Part shown: positions 24,501 to 37,399 of the stretch, in pieces
Layout: each line of letters begins with the position of its first letter
Position numbering within the stretch: the stretch's first letter is position 1
Assembly: GCA_028534125.1 (NCBI GenBank)
Contig: CM052817.1
Span: 52,702,001 to 52,766,000, forward strand
Source of the DNA: Lama glama
Lineage: Eukaryota
Reading direction: 5' to 3'
Length of the DNA: 64,000 nucleotides
Program-made: the position numbers and the translations under genes
Notes under the pieces: generated by a model
What the model was told of the DNA's origin: nothing
Seen by the model: the letters and a program-made list of their open reading frames with translations, nothing else
The model's database searches: none

Positions 24501-26351
24501 GTTATTTTAAATATAACTTTATGAAGCAGTATTATAAAATTAATACACCATTTCATCCCAGTTTAGTCCAATGTGATTTATTTCTTTTAGTAAATAGGCT
24601 AATTTAATACAATTTGAATTATGCATTAATTCATTATATAAATTTAACAACTCATACATTTATTGCTTACTCATTTAGAATAATTTAATGTTAGTGATGA
24701 TAAAATTTTAAGTACTCATGTTTAGCCACACCTAATATATAATGGCTTATAATACTATATTTATGAGATTGTCCAGAATTTTATGCAGATATTTATAAAC
24801 AAGCACATTATAAAATAAATTTATTCATTGAAAAGAATAAGATTTGAAACTTCACACTTTAGCAGCTCCTGAGAGCGTAAGATTTCCTTTATCATTATCC
24901 TTAGTTTTAAACCTTGGTTTAGTTTGTGAAAAACTTTATTTACATAAAAAGGAAGAAAATTTAAAAGAAAACACTAAAGGAAAATATTCTATTCACCCTC
25001 TATAAAGAACTTAAATAGACACATGCTTGACTGTTATTTAACATTTTTAGTTGATTCTGAAAGACTAATCATCAGACAAACAAGAAAATCAGTAATGGAA
25101 ATGGTACTATCAAAAATTTAGTTGCATTGCTCTGAGGAGTAATTGAAATGTTTGTATGATAGTATGTCTTAATATAATCCAGACCTCCCATCAAAGTGCA
25201 GTAAACCTGTTGTGCAGGTTTTGAATTACCAAAATGCCAAGATACTGATGGCCTCAGTTTCAGGACATCAATTAATTAGGCTGACAACTGTGAGCCTCAA
25301 GCATCTTTATTTAACGTAGTGTTCCCTAAAAATATCTCTTTTTATGTGTGCCATGATGCAAAAAAGTTGATGCTTTAACCAATAAAGTCTTTGTTAAATA
25401 CTACCAATTCAGTGTTCTTTTTTCACTTGAAAGAGTTAAAGAAAAATGAAATATCAGCTATTCTAATATGTTTTTCTTTACTGTGAAACCATACGTGATT
25501 ACAGTAACAAATGTAGACAAATAATACAAGCATAAAGAAAATTACCAATTTATTCCACAGTTTAAACATATTAAGATATTAAACATTTTAAGGGATTTCT
25601 CTCAAAGTGTGTTTGTGTCTGCATTGTATTTGTGTTTAATAAGCCTGAGTTTATTTGTGGAATGAATTAATTGTAATTATGGCAAAAAAGAAATAGAAAG
25701 CTTAGAATTGGGATTCTAATGTTCATATAGTTCATATTATAACATTTGGAATACTGAAGAGGTTGAAAACACTGTATTATTAGTAAGAAAAAGTTTTATT
25801 AAAATGTTCATTAGATGATGATTATGCCAAAGGTTTATCCTTGCCAGGAGCAACAAGAAGATGGGTAAAGGTAAAAAAATCACTTAATTTCAGGTTGGCA
25901 TTTAAATGATAGAATTTGGGTCAAAATATACTATTGTGGTGGGTGTTTATTTCTTAATCTATTTTATTTTGATTATATCAGAAATATAGGTTATATTATT
26001 CTAGACATAGCCCAAGGGAATGTACTATTTGTTATTGAATTTAGGAGTAGATTTTGTAAATTAATTTTAATCACTGAATGTATTTATATCCAGTAACAAA
26101 AGTAGTTTTTATTTTCTCATATGACTATTTTTAGTTCAATGCCCAATACGCACATTTCAGGAGATTTTTATTTGTGCATAGATGTATGTTCTAGTCTCTT
26201 TTCTCTTTACATTAGAAGAGGAAAAAACTTTTTCATGTATGTTATTAAGTCCTAGACATTATGTAAATGCTTCTCATTTTTCTGTCATCTAGTGAAACCT
26301 CTATAAGTGGCATTTGTAGAACATCTGTTTTGATTTTGATACTTTTCATAC

Positions 26352-26650
26352 TTTCTTTTTTTATTGAAATATAGTTGACTTACAATATTAGTTTCAGGTG
26401 TATAACATAGTGATTCAACATTTTTATAGATTTTACTCCATTTAAAGTTATAAAATATTGGCTATATTTCTTGTGCTATACCCTAAAGCCTTGCAGCTTA
26501 TTTATTTTATGTGTAATATTTTGTGTCTCTTAATTCCCTGCCCCCTGTCTTTCCCCTCCTCCTTCATCGTCCCTACTGGTAACCACTAGTTTGTTCTCTG
26601 TATCTATGAATCTGTTTCTGTTTTGTTATATTTATTCATTTATTTATTTA
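26352..26650 (-). mobile_element. L1 3'UTR end (cetartiodactyl-type)
   Basis: ttttttattgaaatatagttgacttacaatattagtttcaggtgtataacatagtgattca...ctggtaaccactagtttgttctctgtatctatgaatctgtttctg. Confidence 0.85.
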
Positions 26651-27382
26651 ATTATTTAAATTTTTTCATAGATTCTTAATTTTAGTGAATCTGGTTATCA
26701 TTTATATATTTTTAAAATGGAAAAGAGTGTCTTTTTTTTAAAAGGGAGAACTAGGCAAATGTATTTCACAAGGTGATAATAGGTAGATTTTCTTTTCATA
26801 AGAACCTTTGATTAGACTATGGTTCAGATCACAGTACTGCTCTAAATATATTCTGTTTTCTTCTTTGTTGATGTCTTTAGGTACACATAATTAAGTTAGT
26901 TTAATTCTTCGGTTTATAACACTACGCTCCATTGCTTAGCATAAGGCCCTCTTTTCTTTTGCTATATTTTATTATTTTAATATTTTTATTTTTCATTCAT
27001 GATGTTACCAATATACAGGTAAAACCATTGTTATATACTTTGTGACCTAGATATATTCAATCAAGATAATCTGTAAACTCATATGATTCCAGAACCTCAG
27101 TGGCTAAATAGCATTGTAAAATTTGTTTTAAAAGAAGTATATAAAGCACATGTGACAAACTGATAAGGCATATCATTTTAAAGGCATATAATCTTTCATA
27201 AATCTTATCCTTTATAGATAATTTTGGAGAAAAGTTCACTGAGAATTAAATAGCTAATATTATAAAAAGTATACTTAAAAAAATTTTTTAATGCTCTTTA
27301 CTCCTTAAATCCAGAGCTCAAAATTGAATACTAAGAATAAAGAAAATTTCTCCACATTGCTACCCCTTAAATTTACATCTCA

Positions 27383-27413
27383 ACACACACACACACACAC
27401 ACACATACACACA
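27383..27413. repeat. (CA)n microsatellite
   Basis: acacacacacacacacacacacatacacaca. Confidence 0.95.
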
Positions 27414-27504
27414 TTTACAGTTTAAAATTAGATTAAAAATTATTTCACAACTTTTAAAGTTAAATGTATGCATGCGCAAAAGCAAAGAGCTATAGTTTTG
27501 GACG

Positions 27505-27847
27505 AAGACACTTATTTCAAGGCATCAACTTACATGATCTTTAGGACTGGCAAGTCTGAAATATGTAGGGACAGGCCAGCAGGCTAGAGCCTCTCTAATA
27601 GGGGTTGATGCTCTGGTCATGAGGCCGAATTTCTTCTTCCTCAAAGAAACCTCAGTTTTATACTTAGGGCCTCTCAACTTTGTATATAAGGCTCACCTAG
27701 GTTATCAAAGATATCTTTTAAAGTCATCTGATTGTAGACATTTATTACATCTATAATATACCTTCACCGCAAAACCTATTTTAGTGTTTAATTGAATAAC
27801 TGGTTATTATAGCCTAGCCAAAATGACACATAAACCTAACCTTTACA
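27505..27847 (-). mobile_element. MLT2 (ERVL) LTR
   Basis: ggactggcaagtctgaaatatgtaggg...ccttcaccgcaaaacctattttagtgttt...gcctagccaaaatgacacataaacctaacctttaca. Confidence 0.8.
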
Positions 27848-28697
27848 GATGATAGAAACTAGTTGTACACAGTATACATATAAATTGTAGCTTTAGATTG
27901 ACTATTAGATAGTAAGAATGATTTATTTTTTAAATAATCAAAACTACACTAAGTGCAATATAAGTTGATTGTTCCAGTCTTTTCACAAGCTTGTAAACTC
28001 AATGGCAGAATATTAAAACTAACTACATTTCACTGAAATGTGTTTAATTATGAAAAAAAATTAGTTAACTATATCCATGAAAATTTGCATTTGTTTACAT
28101 TGATATGTTTTCTGAAAGATAATCTGGTTAAGATAATTTGATTATGGCCCCTAAAGTTCAAAGCATCTCAGAAACTGGTATGAAAAGTTTTGATGAGCAG
28201 TATTAGATTGTATCTTACATTTATGTAATTCAAACAATTATATTAATAACATCTATATTTGATAACTGTGGTTCTGAATATAATAATTTAGGTAATTATG
28301 CTAATTTGAAGCATTGAATCTTTACCACTTAATGGCATAAAGGAACTTAAATTACCAGTATATTATGTCAATAATGATTAAAATAGTATCAATGGTAAAG
28401 AAACAGCTAAATGATAGAACAATAGTGAAATACCTAAGGAACAATTATAGAGGACATCAAAGAGACATTTGATGGACATGTGTGTCAACTTAATACATTC
28501 ATTGTATATAGTATACAGTTGTTATAGTCATACTTTCTTTCTAAAGCTACAAGTACTATAGAAGTCATAAATTTAATTAAGTTATATAAACCAGGAGTTA
28601 GGTGATGAGGAAAGTGGAAAAATCAGAGATAAATCTTAAATATCTGGTCTGGTTATCTGAACAAATAATGTTTCTCTGGGAGAAGAAAAATAGATTT

Positions 28698-28847
28698 CCT
28701 CTAGGTCCATCCATGTTGCTGCAAATGGCATTATTTTATTCTTCTTTTTTATGACTGAGTAGTATACCATTGTATGAACTGGGGCATTGTGCTGTATACT
28801 AGAAACTGACACATTGTAACTAACCATATACTTCATAAAAAACTTAA
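28698..28847. mobile_element. 5'-inverted (twin-primed) short L1 insertion with 15-bp TSD
   Basis: TSD aagaaaaatagattt at 28683-28697 and 28848-28862; antisense ORF2 end (KIMPFAATWMDLE) fused to a sense 3' tail. Confidence 0.9.
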
Positions 28848-28869
28848 AAGAAAAATAGATTTTCTATTA

Positions 28870-29110
28870 AGTTCTGTTTTGGAATTAAGTTTGACCTGCA
28901 TATGAAACATCCCGGTGGAGTCAAGTAAGCAAATGGATATGTTAATTAGAGCTAAGGGAGAGGGCTTGATTAGAGAAGAAAATCTGGAAATAACCAGTGT
29001 GTAAATGATATTTAAACTTTGGAAATGAATGAATCATTTAAGGGGAAAGTTCATGTAGAGAAATAAGGGTGTATCTAGGGAATCATTTGGGAGAATAAGA
29101 GTATAGAAGT
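28870..29110 (-). mobile_element. L2 fragment
   Basis: gttctgttttggaattaagtttga...aaacatcccggtggag...aaatctggaaataaccagtgtgtaaatgatatttaaa. Confidence 0.55.
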
Positions 29111-29739
29111 ATAAGTGCATCTAATAATAATTCTTCTTGGTCAGGAAGCAAAAAATATTTGATTGAATCATTATAGGCTTCATAGTGGTATTGAGTCTAT
29201 TTGATATGATTTTTAAATAAATCAATCTCACTTGGTTATGTTTTTTTTTTCCAAGAAACCTGTAATTGATTAGGTATAAAGTGGAAAATAATATTTGAGT
29301 TGAAATGTTATTATGATTTAATTAGCTAAATAAGATGAGATGAGAGAAATGTATTGATATTAAGGCTGTTTGAAAAGAAATAGCTGAAACGATGAATCGT
29401 GTAATTTCAGTTGAGCAAGAGGAAGTGAAGACAGTTGTGTAGGTCTATAGATTGGAGTATTACTAAGGTTGAAGAATTTGCACAATGAGATATTTGAATA
29501 AAGGATCTGGAGGAAAAAGAGTGCAGTCTGAATAGTGAGATGATTGTTAATTAACAGGACTGAATGTAACATGTTTCTAACATAGGGTATATCATGGAAT
29601 TGCACAAAAGTGCAATACTTAAAGTTGAGCGTTTTGTGTTGGAAGAAGAGGCCTGCACTTCTGTTATCAAAATAGTTAAGAAACACACATGGAAATTAAT
29701 TTTAACCCAAATATTATGTCCAGTTATGTTGATCTTCAG

Positions 29740-30535
29740 CAATCTTCAGCAAATTCTTTGGGTACTACCTACAAAAAATCTGGACTCTAATAATCATTAT
29801 ACTTCCACTGTTACCACTGTGGGCAAAATCACCATCAACTATCAACTGGATTGCTATTGCTTACTAACTGGCCTCCCTGCTTCTACTACTGTACCTCTCT
29901 ACTTACTTCTCTCCAGATAAACTCTATTTTTATTTTTTAAATCCAGATTACCTCTTTTCTTATGCTCAAAATCTTCCAATGATCCCTATACCACCCTGTG
30001 AAAAAATTAGAATCATGATAAAGGTCCATTACCTCTTTTCTCATTTCCAGTTGCTCTCTCTCTAATCACTGCTTCAAGAAGACTGACTCCTGGCTATTCC
30101 TTAGCTCACTAGGCACACTCCTGCCTCAGGACATGTGCTAATCTCTCTGCCTAGTTCTCTCTACTCCCTAATTGGCAGGGTTCATTCTGTCATGTCATTC
30201 TGCTATTCACTCAATTATCACCTTCTCAGTTACAACTCTGTCCACTCCATTCAAAACTGGTAGACACACTCTAACACTCTTATTTTTATTCTCTGTTTTA
30301 TTTTCTCCAGAACACTTATATATAATAAACTACTATATAATTTATTAATTCTATTTACTACACCTCTTTATCTATACTAGACTCTAAATTCAATAAGGAC
30401 AGTGTTTGTTTATTCATTAAGTTTTAATGTTTTCTTTTAATGTTTTCTTCAATGTTACTGTATAATCTGAATCTAGGATGCTAGGTTAAAGTTAGTTTCC
30501 CGTATGTATTTATTATATGAATAAGTGGGTGAATT
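29740..30535 (+). mobile_element. L2a
   Basis: caccatcaactatcaactggattgctattgcttactaactggcctccctgcttc, aggcacactcctgcctcaggac, ctagactctaaattcaataaggacag. Confidence 0.75.
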
Positions 30536-32204
30536 TATTGTGGTATATCAAATTATATAAGTTAAGATGCTTTCCAATAAGGAAAAGTGGCATTTGTACT
30601 TATACTTTGAGCATAAAAACTAAAATCAGTCAATACACTGGTTAACAGGGGAGACATTTTGTGAAAAAGTGGATTTTTCTTGCTGTTCCTTACTTGACAG
30701 TAGACAGATGATGAGCACTTGAACTACATTGGTTTTCAATTTGACCTTAGGTTCCAACAGAAAGGTTTTTATAAGCTGAATTGTATGAAAATATTCTGCT
30801 AAAATACTTGTACAAATATGCAAATATAATATGTTCAGCTTTAGTAGAACTCAAGTAAATCTAACAATGAATGATACCCACTATATCAATTGTGATTTGA
30901 GTGTTTTAAAAAACCAAAGAATTACCCAAAGAGAAGCTGAAGCCAATTTCATTCTGACAAATGAACTTTTTTCAATTAATACTTTGAATAAATGGTGTGT
31001 GCCTTAGGAAAGCTCCAAAATGCCATGAATGAATTCACAGGCTTATGGCCTAGATTCACTTGGCATTTCACTTGGAAGCTAAATCTTATTTTCATAATCA
31101 AGGCCTCCCACAGAAGACTCTTCTCACATTGGATATACGCCTGATTTGTCTAGGTGCAAGCCAACTAATTGCTGGGACAACAGATGGGTCTATTCAATCA
31201 ATATGCCTGTCTGCCAAATACAGCTAAAGAAGTCTCAAACCAAAATAAAGTAACCCTCAAAATCAGTGCTTGATCAAATTGGACATACAAATATAGAAAT
31301 TTTAATTTTTATCCTCCTCATCTTTTTTCATTATTGGGAATTAGAAACAGGAAATTGTCTAGGTTGGGACAAAATTCTTCAGAATCCTGCTACTGGGAAG
31401 AATGATGACAACACAAGCAATAAACATAAATAAATTTAAACCATCAATTCTAATATTAATCTAGTAACTGCCAGGCTAGTCAAAAGTTGTTTTGTTTTTT
31501 AAACTATAGTAGAAATAAGATAGGCAATGAGTACATCACAGTGGTCCTAACAAAGTGTTTAATTCTAAATAATGTTGTTGTTGCTGTTCTTCCATTAGCC
31601 ACTCTTTTTACTATCTTATAAAAGATTCAGATAATTTATCTTGCAAAATGCTACACTTTTTCCAATTTGTTCCTGCAGTCTTGAGTTAAGAGGTCTGTTT
31701 AGCTCATTCAGTTGTCCTTGAACTTCCTTCAGGAATTATTCATTACCCACTAGAGCTTGTAATTCCAAAAGAACAATTCTGAATTATCTGCTTTTGATTA
31801 TCAGAGCTTAAAGTTTGTGCCCTTAACAACAAATTATGAAGAATGGATAAAAAAAAAAAACTTGATTTTTCCAAGAGATTAGATGAACAAATTGGGGAAG
31901 AAGGAATTAGTGAAAAAATATGTTGAAGCAGACTGAGAATAGAAAAATCGGAACTGGAGGAGTGGGGTCAGGAATCAGAGATACACCCCACTGAGATCCC
32001 AGACTCTGTATTTCTTGAACCAGGGTGGATACATGAAGATCATCTAGAGTTAAACAAGAGAAATATTTCCAGAGTAAAAACCTTCAGTGTATCTCTTCCA
32101 ATGATGTCAAGTGAGGAGCTCTCATTAAAACATTCATCATATAGCCATAAATCTTAATCATGTCTGTACCCTAAGATACTGCTCAGTCCTCATCAAAATC
32201 AGTT

Positions 32205-32640
32205 AGTGTTCAGTGAAGAAAACAGAGGCTACTCTGAGTATTTCAGGGATAAATTATTTAATTCCTGGCATTAGTGCATAAAAAATTATTAGAAGAACTG
32301 AAGGAGTGGAGTTAGGAGGAAGTCACACTAATGTAGCTGCAAACCAGACAAGGAATCTTGGACTGTTGCTACCATTATTGCTGCCTTGAAAACTGGCTCT
32401 CCCAACCAAATTGCTGGTGACTAAATGCTGGAACACAGAGTCTGACACCAATAGATACTCAGGTATTTCCTAATTTTTTTTGCCAGTAGTTACTGGGTTT
32501 AAAAAAAAAAAAGTAGCCTCTGTTCTATTTCCATCTACTCAGTATTGACTGATTATGTATCATTAATAGAATCTTACATGCATCAAGAATACTAGCTGCA
32601 AGGGTACTCTATAAACAGCCTTAAATTTTCCAACCCATCA
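32205..32640 (-). mobile_element. old ERVL-class LTR (LTR33-like)
   Basis: gttcagtgaagaaaacagaggctactct...gaatactagctgcaaggg. Confidence 0.4.
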
Positions 32641-35600
32641 AATGGAACTAATTCTCAGTCAAAATCCAAACTATACCTTAAACTTCTCAAAGCACTCAGT
32701 CCTTGACTCCATGAACTAGACTTCCTCAGTGGGCTCTCCACGGTTATCTCGGCCTAAGGATGCCCTAATCCCACCTACTTTACTCATGTGATCATCTCTT
32801 GCTAGTATAGCTATACTCTTGCTAGTGTAGCAGCTTTCCATAATTTCATATTTGGTGCTGGGTATATTTGGGAGCTGTTGGTATGTGCATGCATGTTCCT
32901 GTGTGTGGAAGTGCACCCTATGATTATAGCAATGTCACAGAACCTGAAAAATGTAGCCTGAGATTTGCTTATCACCTTCTTCTTAGCTTAGCCTCTTCCT
33001 TAGATTCCCTCTTTTTACACTCTCGTGCCCTAAGAAGGGGTTGTATATTCCCTGGTATATTTGCCTCTTTAGTGTACTCCTAAAATTAAAGTACCTCATA
33101 TATTACCTAATATATATGCGAGTATTGAACTTTAGGAAACACTGACAGTATTACACTTTGGAAAAAAAAATAGTCATTTTGACCATATTATCTGTTATTT
33201 TATGGAAGATACGGCTCTTGGGGATGTTATGGTTGATTAAATGTAATGATATATGGCATATAGTAGGGATCTAGTAAATATTTGTTAAATAAATGAGTGA
33301 TAATAAGTATTATTTTAATTTTCATGTAGTTTTTAGTATTTTTAATTAAATGAATCATTTTCCAGTATTTAACTTCTTATAGATTTACATAAATGAGGGT
33401 AATTTTCATAAGATCTGCTGATGAGAATAAATAGAAGACACCTGTTCTTTCCTATTCCCCTTCACCACAGACCCCACTAGATCATCTTTCCTATGTATTA
33501 ATGGCTAGGCTAATGTACTTATTTGAATTTGCAGCCTCACTAATGACCACTATTTCCTGTTGACATCTCAGTCTACCTCTATATTCAACATTTCAGGAGA
33601 ATGGACTATAACTAAAACATAATACTCTTAATTATATATTTTTAGTTCTTAGATAAATATTTTTATTGTGTCTAACAGAGGAACTTTTATCTGAGGATCT
33701 CATATTGCCTGTAATTCTGATTCATCATATAATAGCAGCATTTCTCTGAAGCACAACATGTTGAAGAAGTTTATTTTAGTTCTACTGTCTCCATCTTTCA
33801 CTTTCTAAACTCTTCAAGTATTATGGTGATTTTACACCTCTATCTCAGACATGAGAGAGCACAATAGCTCTTTCTCATTTCATGAAAAATCTGAAACAAA
33901 AATCAATTCAAATTAAAGAATAAATTTTTTAAATGTAAAGCCCAAAATATTGTATCAGAGGCACTTGCAACCTAGCAAAGGATTGAAACCTTAAAATAAG
34001 GAGGAAAAAACCTTTAAATTGCAAAATATGTGGCTTTTATTTTTTAGGCAGAGTTCTATTCAGTACCTCTGAAGTTACATGATGTAAACATCCTTCACCA
34101 AGGTTTGAATAAGGCTTTTCTGCTTAAGTCATAGAGGCTGTCCATGACTGCATTTCCTGAAGTCAAAACTTAATACTTTGAAACTTTATACAAAATAGTG
34201 TCATTATTTAATGAGACTCACAATAACTAGCCACCATGCTTAACAAATAGCTGCATGTGTTGGTGCAGCATTTATGGAGTTAGAAAATTGAACCAGTTTT
34301 CTTGGCAAACTTCTTTATATGTCTAACAGATGACATTGGACTAATGAAATAAATACATTAGACTAATGAAATAAATATATGTTTCTTTAAAATAGTTAAA
34401 ATCATTATGAAGTTGTCTTATAAATGTATATTCAAATGAAAGAATTTTAAAAAATTCACTTTAAACAACTCTTACATCCAATAAATCTTTAATATTTCTA
34501 ATCCTGGCATCTGTTCTGCATTTATTTAGATGGTGTTAAAAATAAGAGATATGCAATTAGACAAGTAAGAAAACCAATAAAAAGAGCTCATTCCTCTTAT
34601 TAAAGTAAAGCTTAATATTTCATGTAACTTCTGTTACAATATTGCATTTTAAATATTTTATTAAGAAACATAATAATGAGTGAACAAAATGAAAATTTTG
34701 GGTAAAATTTTGCTTAGTTTATGAGTTTTAAAATATTTGAAAACCTAGCATAGAGGACAGACTAAAAAGTACAGAAATGGCACAATTTATACTGTATGCC
34801 TAATAGAAGTTTATAACTATGAAGAGATTTTTTAAATATAAAGTAAATATCACATTTTTTATGATTCTGAAATAAACCTACAGAAAGCTGAAATACTTTA
34901 ATCAGCTGGAAAAGAAAAATGATGAAGATATAAAAAAATCAACCAGAGTCAAATCTATCACATTAACAATCAGTGAATTCTGTGAGTACATTTATAAAAT
35001 CACATTGAACCACATGACTATCTTAAAATGAACAATTTCATTACATATATTAATGAAATGAGTTATATATGTGGATATAGCTCAAGGAATAGATCTCAGG
35101 AAGAATATCAACTAAGTAATTAGTATTAAAATATTAAATTAATACTATATATTAACATTAAATCAATATTAAATTCATATTAAAATTACTTACATTAAAA
35201 CAGTAAGTAGAAACATAAGAATGTTTGAGATACTGCTTAGCACAGATTACAGTATACTGGAATGGTTAAGATACAGAACTTGGAATGAAGCATATCCTGA
35301 ACTTTGTCATTTCTAGCCCTTAAAAATTACATTTACTTCTTAAAGAAACCTATGTTTCTTTTTAATGATTATTATATAATTTTTTAAAGTGAGCATAAGT
35401 CAGTTTTAAGTCATAAGTCAATACATGAGTCGTTATTGCTGATATGATTCAATAAAATATAAGGAATAAATATTTCTCAATGTCATTTTCTTAAGTATTT
35501 TGGAATATCCACAATTTACTGTCACAAGTATTGTCTTTCTGAAATCCAAAATTCTATGAGATAAAATAACATTTTTATAGATTAGATTTTGTAATGTTTT

Positions 35601-36845
35601 TAATCCTGCCTGATAACACTAGCATATATGTTAGTTGAAGAGCCTAAACATAGTTTATTCTATATGTTCTATGTACCAAAAAACCCTCAGGAAAGTCTTT
35701 TTTTTTCCCCCTGAGAAATCCAAGCCTAGGAATTCTAACAAATTTGAAAAGCTTCCTGAAATATACCAAATTTCATATACATATCAGTATAAGAGATTAA
35801 GGTTTTACAAAGAGGGCTTTAAGAATAATGTGTTTCACATGCATTTCAAATGTTACTAGAGATATATAGAGTACTGACATTATTACAATGACTTTTCTAT
35901 GTTATAGCCTTCATGAATTTTAAAATCTTTGAAAGGTCAATGGTGCTACAGAATTAAAATAATCTTCTAAAAAAAGCAATTCTCAAAAATCTAGAATAAC
36001 TTAAAAGAAAGCAGCCATAAACACTATAATATGGATTGAAAAAGAAAGACCTTGGGAATATTTTAGAATATTCCTAAAATAAACCAATATATTTCTTCAG
36101 AGGAACACCTGAAAGAGCCTAAGATTCAGAAGGGCATTTTTGTGTATATTTTCCTTAAACTGCTGTTATTTCTACAATTATTTCCCATTGTACTCCAATT
36201 ATCTCTTTGGCCGTCCTTCAAAGGATATCAAAACATCTGCCTTTTGTCTCCCCTAGTAAAATATAGTTTTATACCGTATTTACTAGCCAGCTACTCTCAT
36301 GGCTTTTAGTAGATCAAGTTTAACATACATACTTTTGAAACTATAAGAACATCACCAAATTAGGAAAAGCAGCTCTGCAATGCATTCTGCAAGATCAGAA
36401 GTATCATTAGAAACTGAAGAGGCAAAATGAAGTGTGCATATTATTTGAAATTAGAATTGATACATATATAAATATTTTAATATTCTTCATTAAAATTTTC
36501 TAGTTTCATTGCTCTATCTCTATAGTGTTCTACTCTATCATCTCTAAAATTAAATTTCATTTTCCATATCCTGTGTATCAGGTAGTATAAGTTATGGGTA
36601 AGAATCTTTACAGAAAATTTAAAAATTATATTAGAATTTAAAGACACAAAATAAGACGAAAACTCTACATTGTTCCCTCCCACTGTCAAACCTTAGATAG
36701 CATCCTAAGTGTGTTAGCTAGCAGTTTCCCTCCTTTTCTATAGCAAAGAGAGGTGTATCAAGATTTGTTTGTAGAAAATACAAGGTATTAAGTAATTGCA
36801 TTCATGAGAAACCAAAAATAATCTGTCAAGGGTGGAGAAGTATGA

Positions 36846-36929
36846 GGAGAGACTGGGAGAGCAAGAGCAAGAGCTAGAGGTGGGGAGAGACTGGGAGAGC
36901 AAGAGCAAGAGCTAGAGGTGGGGAGAGAC
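36846..36929. repeat. perfect 38-bp tandem repeat, about 2.2 copies
   Basis: ggagagactgggagagcaagagcaagagctagaggtgg at 36846-36883 and 36884-36921, plus ggagagac. Confidence 0.95.
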
Positions 36930-37337
36930 AGAAAGAGTGAGAGAGAGGGAGGAGAGATGAAAAAGTAAATCAAGGGAAAATAAGATGAAAATTCTGGAAT
37001 TTTCACATTCTTGGAACAACCCCCTCCCCCCAAAAAAGCAAAAGTAAGAACACTGCTGAATTTTACTAGGTGGACCTATACAGTTCAGAAAATATACACG
37101 CACCAGTTGCTGGCCCTAACAAGGGGACATCTAACTGATGGTAATGACATTATAATGAGAAAAATACATATGCAGGTGTAGTAAATAATAATTAGAGTAA
37201 GTAGTAATTAGCCTCACTTAGTCTAATTTGACCCATATTTAGAGAAAATATGTGAAGTAGTTTGTCAAAAATTTGTGCCAAAGGAGTGAAGTGCTGAGCA
37301 AAATAATTTCCTTTACGTATCAGACAGGCCAGGCCAC

Positions 37338-37399
37338 TGTCGTAGTTGGTTTAGGTTGCTGTAAAAAGTTACCATAGACTGCGTGGCTTAAACAGCAGA
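37338..37399 (-). mobile_element. MLT1 LTR terminal fragment
   Basis: tgtcgtagttggtttaggttgctgtaaaaagttaccatagactgcgtggcttaaacagcaga. Confidence 0.6.

Noticed and set aside
36100..36260. Minus-strand acceptor (tattttactAG) and possible exon
   Set aside because: All three frames hit a stop within about 55 nt and the peptide is unrecognisable.
36846..36929. 38-bp and 39-bp (60305) repeats as CRISPR-like arrays
   Set aside because: Head-to-tail duplications without spacers in mammalian DNA; no cas genes.
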